Assembly: GCA_964187785.1 (NCBI GenBank)
Contig: OZ076410.1
Coordinates: 8,122,001-8,186,000, forward strand
DNA from: Amphiscolops sp. MND2022
Taxonomy: Eukaryota
Direction of reading: 5' to 3'
DNA length: 64,000 nt
The notes beneath the pieces were generated by a model. That model saw only the letters and a list, made by a program, of their open reading frames with translations, had not been told where the DNA came from and ran no database searches. How positions within the stretch are numbered: position 1 is the first letter of the stretch; the number at the start of each line of letters is the position of its first letter. Positions 1 to 12,100 of this stretch are shown in pieces. A program made the translations under genes and the position numbers.

Positions 1-198
1 TTGATTTGATCTCGACTTGTGGTGCAATGGTCCATTCTTCTTCATGTTCAACTGGTTCTTCATTGACTGAAATCTCAATGACTGGTTTGTCTTCTTCGCT
101 CGTATAGTCAATGAGGAATGGAGCCTCGAAGGAAACTTCATAAATGCCTTCATTTTTGATGACGACTGTTTCTCCGCTTTCTGTGAATTCCACTTCAG
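1..198 (-). CDS. Exon, type-A beta-rich module, copy 1 (truncated by window edge)
   Basis: Acceptor tttgttatag|CTGAAG at 199/198; matches exons 1200-1508 and 2505-2813. Confidence 0.85.
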   Translation of the reverse strand, partial: MKWNSQKAEKQSSSKMKAFMKFPSRLHSSLTIRAKKTNQSLRFQSMKNQLNMKKNGPLHHKSRSNQ

Positions 199-3100
199 CT
201 ATAACAAACATTCATCGATTTGAAATCTTCGGATGTTCAGATGAAATTAAGTTTATTTCTTGTTTCCTGAATGCTTCGAAAATGTAAACAAAGAACAAAA
301 GCTGCTACAAAGTTCGACTTTCAAAAAATTCTCACGTAACTTTCCTTTGCTACTAGACCTTCCATTTAGAAAACAGTTTTGAGTTTTCGAAACCGTTTCA
401 AGGCATAGTGAGACAATACATTATTAGCAAAAGTAAAGTGATACAGCGTAGTAATTGTTTTCAGCACCGACGAAGAAAATGATAGCAAAAGTTTCTGGGA
501 GGTGTTTCGACTACTAAATTTTACAAAAAACCCAAGCCTTGGTGCCACTGGTCTCAAAAACACTGAAGAATAGTTGAGAAATCTGAAAATTTTAGGAGCT
601 TGCACACCTTGTTCGAATTTGACGTGATGCACGTGATGCCTGTTGTTCTGCTCGTCCAATACATCAAGCACTAGACTTGGTGGTGCTTGGTCACTCAATG
701 AAGGCATCACCGATGCTTCAAACACACATGTGATAGTCGATGTCATTGATTTTTCGTCAATGATACACACAACATCAATCAACTCGACAGGCTTGTCATC
801 AAGCGTAGCAACGATTTCGACATTTTCCAAGTTTTTGTCGACCACGAATGGAACTGTGAGAGAGATCTTCTTGGTCTTCGGTTCGACAGCATCCAATACA
901 ATGGTTTCGTCGGACTCGGTCTCCTCCGGTTCTGTAGAAACACAACACGATCAGAATTTTCCGCTAGACTCAGATTTCTTCCAAGGTGCTGATGAAAATT
1001 TGTTTATTTGCTATTGACAACATAGTGGGAAAGTGATTCACTGCTAGTGTCCAAATTTGGGAACAAACAAGCATCAACAGCCACCTAATACGTCTATGAA
1101 CGTGTCACAGGAAACTTGTAGTACTTCCGCTTTTTGAAACGCAAAAGAAGTTTTTCAGAGACATGCATTCAGATCTCTAAATAGTAGTTAAACCATTACC
1201 TGATCTGACCACGACAAAGTGAACATGCTTGTGGTTCTTGTGGCTCAAATGCACACATACGCGTTCCACCTTTTTGTTCACTGGTTGAGTAAGCAAGGTT
1301 GTAAATTTGGTTGATTTGATCTCGACTTGTGGTGCAATGGTCCATTCTTCTTCATGTTCAACTGGTTCTTCATTGACTGAAATCTCAATTACTGGTTTGT
1401 CTTCTTCGCTCGTATAGTCAATGAGGAATGGAGCCTCGAAGGAAACTTCACAAATGCCTTCATTTTTGATGACGACTGTTTCTCCGCTTTCTGTGAACTC
1501 CACTTCAGCTATAACAAACGTTCATCAGTTTGAAATCTTCAGATGTTTAGATGAAATTAATTTTTTTCTTAGTTCCTGAATGCTTCGAAAAAGTAAACAA
1601 TGAACTAAAGCTGCTAAAAAGTTCGACTTTCCAGTTTCTCGCGTAACGTTTCTTTGCTATTAGACTTTCCGTTTTGGTAACGGTTTTGAGTTTTCGAAAC
1701 TGTTTCAAGGCATAGTAATACAATACATTAGCAGCAAAAGCGGTTCAACGGAGTAATTGCTTTCAAAAGCGACCAAGGAAAAGATTGCAAAAGTTTCTGG
1801 GAGGTGTTTCGATTACTAAATTTTACAAAAACCCCAAGCGTTGGTGTCACTGGTCTCAACACCACCGAAGAGTGATTGAGAATTCTGAAAAACTTAGGAG
1901 ATTGCACACCTTGTTCGAATTTGACGTGATGCACGTGGTGCCTGTTTTGCTGCTCGTCCAATACATCAAGCACTAGACTTGGTGGTGCTTGGTCACTCAA
2001 TGAAGGCATCACCGATGCTTCAAACACACACGTGATAGTCGATGTCATTGATTTTTCGTCAATGATACACACAACATCAATCAACTCGACAGGCTTGTCA
2101 TCAAGCGTAGCAACGATTTCGACATTTTCCAAGCTTTTGTCGACCACGAATGGAACTGTGAGAGAGATCTTCTTGGTCTTCGGTTCGACAGCATCCAATA
2201 CAATGGTTTCGTCGGACTCGGTCTCCTCCGGTTCTGTAGAAACACAGCAATGACCAGAATTTTCCGCTAGACTCAGATTTCTTCCAAGGCGCTGATGAAA
2301 ACTGGTTTTATTGCCATTGAGAACATAATGGGAAAGTGATTTACTGCTAGTGGCCAAATTTGGAAACAAACAAACATCAACAGTCACCTAATACGTCTAT
2401 GAACGTGTCACAAGGAGCTTGTGGTACTTTCGCTTTTTGAAACGCAAAAGAAGTTTTTCAGAGACACATGCATTCAGATCTCTGAATAGTAGTTAAACCA
2501 TTACCTGATCTGACTACGACAAAGTGATCATGCTTGTGGTTCTTGTGGGTCAAATGCACACATACGCGTTCCACCTTTTTGTTCACTGGTTGAGTAAGCA
2601 AGGCTGTAAATTTAGTTGATTTGATCTCGACTTGTGGTGCAATGGTCCATTCTTCTTCGTGTTCAACTGGTTCTTCATTGACTGAAATCTCAATGACTGG
2701 TTTGTCTTCTTCGCTCGTATAGTCAATGAGGAATGGAGCCTCGAAGGAAACTTCACAAATGCCTTCATTTTTGATGACGACTGTTTCTCCGCTTTCTGTG
2801 AACTCCACTTCAGCTATAACAAACGTTCATCAATTTGAAATCTTCAGATGTTCAGATGAAATTAATTTTTTTCTTAGTTCCTGAATGCTTCGAAAAAGTA
2901 AACAATGAACTAAAGCTGCTAAAAAGTTCGACTTTCCAGTTTCTCGCGTAACGTTTCTTTGCTATTAGACTTTCCGTTTTGGTAACGGTTTTGAGTTTTC
3001 GAAACTGTTTCAAGGCATAGTAATACAATACATTAGCAGCAAAAGCGGTTCAACGGAGTAATTGCTTTCAAAAGCGACCAAGGAAAAGATTGCAAAAGTT

Positions 3101-6100
3101 TCTGGGAGGTGTTTCGATTACTATATTTTACAAAAACCCCAAGCGTTGGTGTCACTGGTCTTAACACCACCGAAGAGTGATTGAGAATTCTGAAAAACTT
3201 AGGAGATTGCACACCTTGTTCGAATTTGACGTGATGCACGTGGTGCCTGTTGTGCTGCTCGTCTAATACATCAAGCATTAGACTTGGTGGTGCTTGGTCA
3301 CTCAATGAAGGCATCACCGATGCTTCAAACACACATGTGATAGTCGATGTCATTGATTTTTCGTCAATGATACACACAACATCAATCAACTCGACAGGCT
3401 TGTCATCAAGCGTAGCAACAATTTCGACATTTTCCAAGTTTTTGTCGACCACGAATGGAACTGTGAGAGAGATCTTCTTGGTCTTCGGTTCGACAGCATC
3501 CAATACAATTGTTCCGTCGGACTCGGTCTCCTCTGGTTCTGTAGAAAAATAATTAACTTCTGTCTGTGTTTTAAGGCTAACTTAGATTTCTGTCAAGGAG
3601 CTGAGGCGTTTTGATTTGTACGAGATTGTGAATATAACGAGGAAGTGATTCCTTGCACAACATTGGGAATATACAAATAGTAAACAATCTAGTTACTTCT
3701 TTTGTATAGACGAAGTCATTTCCATTCGATTTTCAGAGTCGATTTCCAGTTTTTGTCTGTCAAAGAAGTGTCATTGACTAACTTTTTCAGCATTGAGCCC
3801 TCGTTTCTCGTCCTTTATGATGGGAACGCGTTTGATTTTTCCGAACAAATTCGAAACGACGAAACAAATCCGACACGATTTTTTTCCAGTAGAAATATGT
3901 TTGCCAACATATGTTCCAACATAGATTTTTCCCGTTAGTAAACTTGACAGGTTGTATCTGAACACCAGTTTCTAATCAGTTAGCTACTATTATCATTCGA
4001 GCTACACTGTTCCTCTGAAAATTTCCCGAGGTAATTGCCCATGTTCTTGTGCTGGAGTGTTCAACCAGAGCAGACTCCATCATAGTCGAATTTCGTGAGA
4101 CAATTTGATCAGTTGAGTTTGAAATGCTATTTCCAGCCCGTCGGCTGCTAATCTCTCTGGAACCATTCGAGGTACTGGCATGATAAGGAAATGCTTTATC
4201 ATGGTGCACTCCCGGGGTCTTGCCGTGGAATCTCACTGAAGTAGCTACTTGGTGCATTTTGATCAGAACTAATCATTGATAAAATGAGACTTTTATCCAA
4301 TCCGACTAGAGTCTAGTTTTCTTCGAGACTTGCAGATGATTTATATCTGAATTTATTTGGTGTCAAACTAGTTTTCTTTCAGCTTCGAAAACGAAAATTT
4401 TTAGGGTTTCCTCCATTTTCTTTATTTTCACTACCAAAATAGATGACTTGAAACTAACCCAAAATAGATCTAACCGAAGCGGCAGAATGTTTTGCGTTTA
4501 TTACCGACACTTTTTTTAGTAAACGAAAAACGGTAAACTCTGGCAAAGTAGAAAAACCAGAGCCGCATGTGCGGCCAAGGAGTGGCTTGGGTCTTTTTCA
4601 TATGATTTTGATGCCATTGTGCTCGCCGGAGCACCTTTGGGTGTAAAATGACTGTGTAAAATTTTATGGAAATTATATTGACAGTTTTTGAGAAATTTGA
4701 AAGTTTCATTGAAATTTCGGAAGAAAAAAACGACACGATTGCATAAGTATTTGAATTTTTTTCCGATTTCCAAAAATCAACTCTGGTCAGTGAACTTCGA
4801 TTTCTGTCGAGGAGCTGATGACTTTTGGTTTATACGTGATTGCAAATATAATGAAAATGAGATTCTTTGCTAGAGCACAAATTTGGAAACATACAAACAT
4901 CAAAAACAATCTAAATACTACTATTGTTTTTGTTTTGGTTACCTGTTCCGATCTGTAAGTGATGTGTATGCTTGTGGTTCTTGAACACAACTGTAGTTGA
5001 AAAAACTTCATCAAATTCTGTTGGTGTGATCTTCAATGTTGTTGAGAAAATTGTCGACGCTGTGTCTGAGATGGGTTTCACATCCCACTGGTGGACCAAG
5101 ATTGTTTTTCCATTTCTTGTGGTTTCAACTGTCGGTTTTTCTTCCGTATCATCTTGTTGTACCAAAAATGGCACCACAAAGGAGACGTAGATGACACCAG
5201 CGTGTTTCTGACAAGTTGTCTTGCCACTTTCCGATAGCTGAGGCTCAACTGGAAAAGAAGCCAATTTTTACAATCATTTTTTCAGACCTCTGGGCGTTTG
5301 TCAAGGGTTCTACATTATTTCCAAAAATTCGTAGATTTTGTTTTGAATGTTGTCGGTCAATTTTTATGACGTCATTGTGGGCGCTTTGTATTTTGAAAGA
5401 TAAGATGAATAAAACGCAGTGGCTCTGCGATATTTTTTGTAGATTGTTGCAAGATGCCTGTATGAAGAACCAGAGCCGCATATGCGGTAAAGGAGTCGGC
5501 TTAGGTCTTTTTCCTTCTGACTCGCGAGTTTATTGAAACTGAACACATAGGACGATAATATGGTGTAGAAAGACTGTAGGAAATTTCGTTCGAATCGTAT
5601 GGACAGTGTTTGAGAAAATTGAAATAAATCGAAAAATGACTGTTTTTTGGCCAATTTTGGGCTAATTTTGGCTATGTTTCGCACATCCCAGCCATACGGC
5701 TTTGATACCATTGCACATATAGGACTCTAATATGATGTAGAATGACTGTAGAAAATTTTGTTCGAATCGTATGGACAGTTTTTGAGAAAATCGAAAACAA
5801 GTCGGAAAATGGCTGTTTTTTGACCATTTTTGGGCTAATTCTGGTTATGTTTCTCACATTCCAGTCATTCGATTTTGATCCCTTTGCGCATGCAGGGGCC
5901 TCTTTGGGTGTAGAATGACTGCAAAATTTTATAAAAATCGTATGGACAGTTTTTGAGAAATATGAAATTTTCATGGGAGGTCAGGAGAAAAAAGAACACA
6001 AAAACGACACGATTGCATAAGTAGTCGAAATTTTTTCCGACTCCTAAAAATCAGTCACCTCGTTCAGGGCGGACAAATATCAGGAACAGAACGTTACGAG

Positions 6101-9100
6101 AAGAAAACCCGGCAGAAAAATTTTTAAGGCTAAAAATCCTCGTCCTGTTCAACCAACTGGCTTTTAGTGTATTGTTGGACGCCTGTACACTAAACGAAGA
6201 TGTTGTATGAACAGAGCCCACTCGCCTATCCTCTTCGCCATTTTGTTGAACTTACGTTTCTATTAGTACTTTGAGGCCAGATATAACACTTTGAAGTTTG
6301 TCAAATCTTTCTTCGTTTTCGCGTTGAGTTTGTTAGCTCATAAAAAGTGATGGAGACATTCCTTGTCTTTGTGCCTCTTCAATGTTGCTACTATCTTCGA
6401 TTTCGAGATTATAGAGATTTTGTGATACGGTCGAATCAGATTTAGGAAATAATTGGAGCTATGAGTTTTCCGTTTCTAAGTTTTTTATGACAGAAGTCAC
6501 TCATCTAATATCAGTGTTTTACAGTCTACAGAAAAAGCGTATCAGTGTCAACAGTAACTTGCAATTTCGTCAAATGGTTGTCGGTTGTTAGCTTCGCGTT
6601 GGTACGTGGTAAGCCGCTTATCTTACCACCATGCAGCACTCTCTTTAGGTAACAAACGAAGTTATAATTACTATTGGTCACTTGACCGATTGTCATCGTT
6701 TATGTTTGTGGTCTACCAACCACACATCACGCGTTAAAGATAGTTTCGAATCAATTGGCCTAATTATGAGATGGATTTTAACGCGCATTGGATAACGTCT
6801 CTGAGCCATCGTTAGGTAGTTTCCGTTTAGGACTTGAAAAAGATGAAATTTGAGTGTTTAGAAATCAAATCGCTATATTTTAGAGTGGTAGGTGTAGAAG
6901 CGATGCTTTCACTGCAATTACATAGCAATTGAATTGCGAAAAAGAAATTCATCATTTGGACATCGTTTTCTACTCTAGTGTATAGCATCGTTATGGTAAA
7001 ATTCAGTAATCGATGAAGAAATTTCATCACTCCTCCATCGTCGATAATGAAATGGAAATCTTGTTTACATCGTCAGTATTTCAACACCAGCATTTAAAAA
7101 AGCTTTACAATAGGTGATGTATAAACGATGAGAAAATTCATCACTTTCACACGTTACATAAAAACTTTGTTAACTGCATCGCTCATGCGATGGGAAAGTA
7201 ACGAGATTGAAAATGAAGTCACGACAGTTCGTTGTGAGGCTCAACTGGCCGTCGTCTTACATTTTCATCGTTTTATCATCGGTTTGCTTAATTTCAGGTT
7301 TCTGGCTTTCCTCTTGTGATTTGTGTTCTGCCTGGGTTTAAGGACCCGTATTTAAAACATATGTGCACAGCTTTGATTCATTAGGCCCAAAATACACAAT
7401 ACATATCTCAAACTCAGGGTAGGGGATCAGAATAATAATGGAGAGTTGCGCACCATTTTGTTTTATCGCTCCCTATTGCCACTAATTAAGTACGTAAAAC
7501 ATATAATGTACATTATATATAGTAATACATCTATATTTCCATGACATTCATGCATGCTGACATGACATTCATACATGCGAACTTTTATTTATTGTGATTC
7601 ATGTGTACTGAAAGGTTTTTTGGAAATCACAGTGCTGACAAAAATTATGCTACTAGCGTCAATAACACCAAAGGAGACATTTTTTGTGGATTTAAAAACT
7701 GTGTAGAAGCCGCACAGTGTCGAAAAGTACGAAACCGGTGAGCCCTTTGGTCACAGAAAAAGCGAATCTTAACTGAAGGTATCGAGAACGAAACAAACAG
7801 ACTTTTCTGAATAAAAAACAAACCTTAAAGAGTTTGATTTCATTTGTCTTACGACATGGAAAATGAAAGTAATGAAGTTTGCAATGGAAGAACATTGCAC
7901 GTTGTGTTTGAATCGATTCTTGGGCATAAAGCGTGGAACCGGATGGAAAGACAAAGAACCGACGAAAAACAACTGAGATAGTAGTGACCTTCAATCTCAA
8001 ATTGCGCTGATTAAAATGTCCTCCTTGCCTTCATTCTAACCAGACCTGAGTTAAGTAGGTAATTACGTCAAGATTTTGGAAATGTCTCCCTCGATGACCA
8101 ACAACCCTGAAGAATGCTCGGGACGTTTTTGAACAGACCAGACGAAGAAAACAACGATCGGATGCGAACCCGTGAACAATAAAAGAAAAAATTGGAAACG
8201 GAAATAAAGCACGAAAGCGCCACTGAACGGAAAACAAGCGTAATTTGGACAAGATCTCGAAACGATCCCAATAAATTGACCGCAACACACTAGTAACCCT
8301 GTATTCTTTGGACTGATCATTAAATATCACTTAAAAACTAGTTTTTGAGATTGCAGTGTTTCCAACTGTGTGCCTTCACTCGATCAATTTCAGCTCGTTA
8401 AACCAGTTTATGCTTTCGATTCACAAGGTTCAAATACCATTATATCGACATTGTTATATGTCATTTTACCATTATATCTGCCAGTCAAAAGTTGCTCATA
8501 AGATTTTATGCGGAGAAAATTTGCGTTGAAATAGGGGCCTTTTTTATAGGATTTTAGCTTGTTCCAATATATCATAGTATCAAAAATAGGGTCTTTTTTT
8601 GCTGGAAGTGTCAAAGCTGTAAAGACATTCCTCCAATTCTTTACCTTATTTTCATTCAAGAACAAAATGTGCTTTCGTGTTGAGGGGATTCGAAACAAGG
8701 TGTACCTGGGGGGAATAAGTCGCATGGTCCAAAAATTGTAATGACCGCAAAATTGTGTATATTCTATATGACTAACCAACAACCAAGTTAATTTTGTGAA
8801 CGTATTTCACTCGTTTCGTTGTGACCGTCAAGGTGAATTCCTTAGAATGGGCAGTTTCAATTGTGTCCAAAACTTTCTCGATGTACGTTTGAGGCACTTC
8901 CGATGTGTCCAAATCACTCGAATCAGATGTGTGTGACCTTCTCACTTCGAAATCGACCAGTTTTCTGTCTTCGCTTTCCAGAGAAACAATCCAGTCATCT
9001 GTAAAGTTTGTATCATCCACATTCCAATCCTCGGTAACTTCCGCTGGAAGTTTGAACGTTAAAACATGTGTGGTGTTTCGCAAGACTGAAATGTCTTCCC

Positions 9101-12100
9101 GTACCGAAATGGGTTTGCGTTGTTGATCGAGGAAATCGGGACCTGGCAAAATATATTGACTTGAACAAAAAAGAGAAAAATAAGAGTTGGCAAGTTATTT
9201 AAGCGATTTAATCTACCAAACCTTTAACTTCTAAGTTGATTTTCTACGTATGATCTAAATACTAAAACTGAAATACCTGTAAAAGGAATTAAAACTACTG
9301 TTAGTAATATGCAAGAGACATGCGCTGATTAACAATGCTAGAATTGGATGCAATTTGAGCGATTTCAGATTCGTTAATGAAAACCTTGAGAAACAATCAA
9401 CAATATGCGACCAGCATTATGTTACTGTCAAAGAATTTATTGAAATTATTCAAATCCAATAAAAATAGTATACTTCAAAAATCAGAAACACTTACTACAA
9501 ATTGGTTTTTTCTCTAGAGTTAATGTCAGTAAATTACATTGTCCGACAAAGTTTGTCTTGAAGACTTGGCCAGAACACATGAGCAATCAAAAGATACAAC
9601 AGCCTTACAAAACATTGGAAAAATGCATTTTTAATAAATCTAATCGTTTCAAATTGAGACCTATCGAGATGAAATCAAGAATAAACTTCACGGCTTTAAT
9701 GAACAATTCCTCTTTGCAATCCGCGAAGAAATAAAAATGGTGTTTTTGGAACGTTTTATTTCTGATTCATTCAGAAATAGAACTGACATCTTGAGGAATA
9801 CTGGATAACAATTTTAAGAAAAATCGCCGAAACAAAAAACATATTTTTCTTTTTTGAATAATAACTACCGCTGCACCAAAATATTTCGCGTTTCCTATTC
9901 CAGGAAAAACTCAACTCAATTGGGACAACAAACGCAATTGGGAGAATAATAATGTCTTAGCACAAGTTGAACCTTGAAAAAACGTTCAAAAGACGGTTTT
10001 TGAAACGTCTCGCTCTGGATTGTCTTGTGTGTTGTGTGTAGTTCTGATGCGACTATGATAAGTAAATTCTGCAAGCAAGATTCAAGGCTTTTAAAATGAA
10101 ATCGCTCAAAGAAAAAAAAAGAAAAAAGAGGTTTGAATCTGCAGCAGTTCTAATCTACATTGATCTAAATCTAAGCAAGCATTGGTTTCACTACCTTCAC
10201 AATCACATTTCACAGTGTCGTGGACAATTTCGGGCAAAGTGACAGTGCAAACAAGTGACTCTCCATCCGGTTCCCCGACTCCCCTCGCCCCCCGAATGCA
10301 ATCAAAAGCCGTTCCCTTAAAAACCTTAGTTTCTCTTGATACGAGAAGATTATCTTGCGGATGTGCGATATTTGAAACAGCATCAGTGGTTTCACCAACA
10401 CTGGAATCGATGAAACCTATTTTTATAAGCAGCGCTTCCGCTTCCTCAGGATGCTTTCTGGCGAACTCGTTCGCAAGTAATTTGTTCCTGGCGTCATCAC
10501 TGAGCTCCTCGGCTCGTACATTTCGCTCAACGTTTTTGGTTAGAACTTGCTCAGCTTCCTCTGGATGCTGCTCCAGGAACTTACTGGCTAATCGTTTGTT
10601 TCTAGTTTCGTCATTGAGGTCTTCCAGTTTCCATTCTCCTTCAACCACACTGGCAAGCAATGCTTGCACTTCTTGGGGATGTTGTTCCAAAAATGCGATC
10701 GCCAGTTTCTCTTTCGTTGTAGAATCAGTGAGCTCATTCTTTTCAAGGCCTTCATCTCCGACTTTCGAAAGGACACGTTTTACATCTTCGGGGTGCTTTT
10801 CGAGGAACTCGTTCGCAAGTAATGCGTTCCTTGCACCATCACTGAGCTCCTCGGCTCGTACATTTCGCTCAACGTTTTTGGTTAGAACTTGCTCGCCTTC
10901 CTCTGGATGCTGCTCCAGGAACTTACTGGCTAATCGTTTGTTTCTAGTTTCGTCATTGAGGTCTTCCAGTTTCCATTCTCCTTCAACCACACTGGCAAGC
11001 AATGCTTGCGCTTCTTGGGGATGTTGTTCCAAAAATGCGATCGCCAGTTTCTCTTTCGTTGTAGAATCAGTGAGCTCATTCTTTTCAAGGCCTTCATCTC
11101 CGACTTTCGAAAGGAGACGTTTTACATCTTCGGGGTGCTTTTCGAGGAACTCGTTCGCAAGTAATGCGTTCCTTGCACCATCACTGAGCTCCTCGGCTCG
11201 TACATTTCGCTCAACGTTTTTGGTTAGAACTTGCTCGCCTTCCTCTGGATGCTGCTCCAGGAACTTACTGGCTAATCGTTTGTTTCTAGTTTCGTCATTG
11301 AGGTCTTCCAGTTTCCATTCTCCTTCAACCACACTGGCAAGCAATGCTTGCACTTCTTGGGGATGTTGTTCCAAAAATGCGATCGCCAGTTTCTCTTTCG
11401 TTGTAGAATCAGTGAGCTCATTCTTTTCAAGGCCTTCATCTCCGACTTTCGAAAGGACACGTTTTACATCTTCGGGGTGCTTTTCGAGGAACTCGTTCGC
11501 AAGTAATGCGTTCCTTGCACCATCACTGAGCTCCTCGGCTCGTACATTTCGCTCAACGTTTTTGGTTAGAACTTGCTCGCCTTCCTCTGGATGCTGCTCC
11601 AGGAACTTACTGGCTAATCGTTTGTTTCTAGTTTCGTCATTGAGGTCTTCCAGTTTCCATTCTCCTTCAACCACACTGGCAAGCAATGCTTGCGCTTCTT
11701 GGGGATGTTGTTCCAAAAATGCGATCGCCAGTTTCTCTTTCGTTGTAGAATCAGTGAGCTCATTCTTTTCAAGGCCTTCATCTCCGACTTTCGAAAGGAG
11801 ACGTTTTACATCTTCGGGGTGCTTTTCGAGGAACTCGTTCGCAAGTAATGCGTTCCTTGCACCATCACTGAGCTCCTCGGCTCGTACATTTCGCTCAACG
11901 TTTTTGGTTAGAACTTGCTCGCCTTCCTCTGGATGCTGCTCCAGGAACTTACTGGCTAATCGTTTGTTTCTAGTTTCGTCATTGAGGTCTTCCAGTTTCC
12001 ATTCTCCTTCAACCACACTGGCAAGCAATGCTTGCACTTCTTGGGGATGTTGTTCCAAAAATGCGATCGCCAGTTTCTCTTTCGTTGTAGAATCAGTGAG

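Larger units (their letters stand above)
1..3540. repeat. Tandem repeat of about 1,305 bp (two exons plus two introns), about 2.7 copies visible
   Basis: Type-A acceptors at 198, 1508, 2813; type-B acceptors at 931, 2233, 3538; introns also alignable. Confidence 0.95.

Noticed and set aside
366-3214. ORF extensions of about 60-80 aa beyond the type-B donor (GVQSPKFFRIL...) and upstream of the type-B acceptor
   Set aside because: Stops and lengths differ between copies, and divergence is intron-like. Treated as intron, though the GTGTGC donor is weak.
5972-8776. Assorted 60-125 aa ORFs on both strands in the 3.5-kb intron (e.g. 7692-8330, 8408-8782)
   Set aside because: AT-rich Phe/Ile/Lys-biased translations, no phase 1-1 exon and no recognisable motif.
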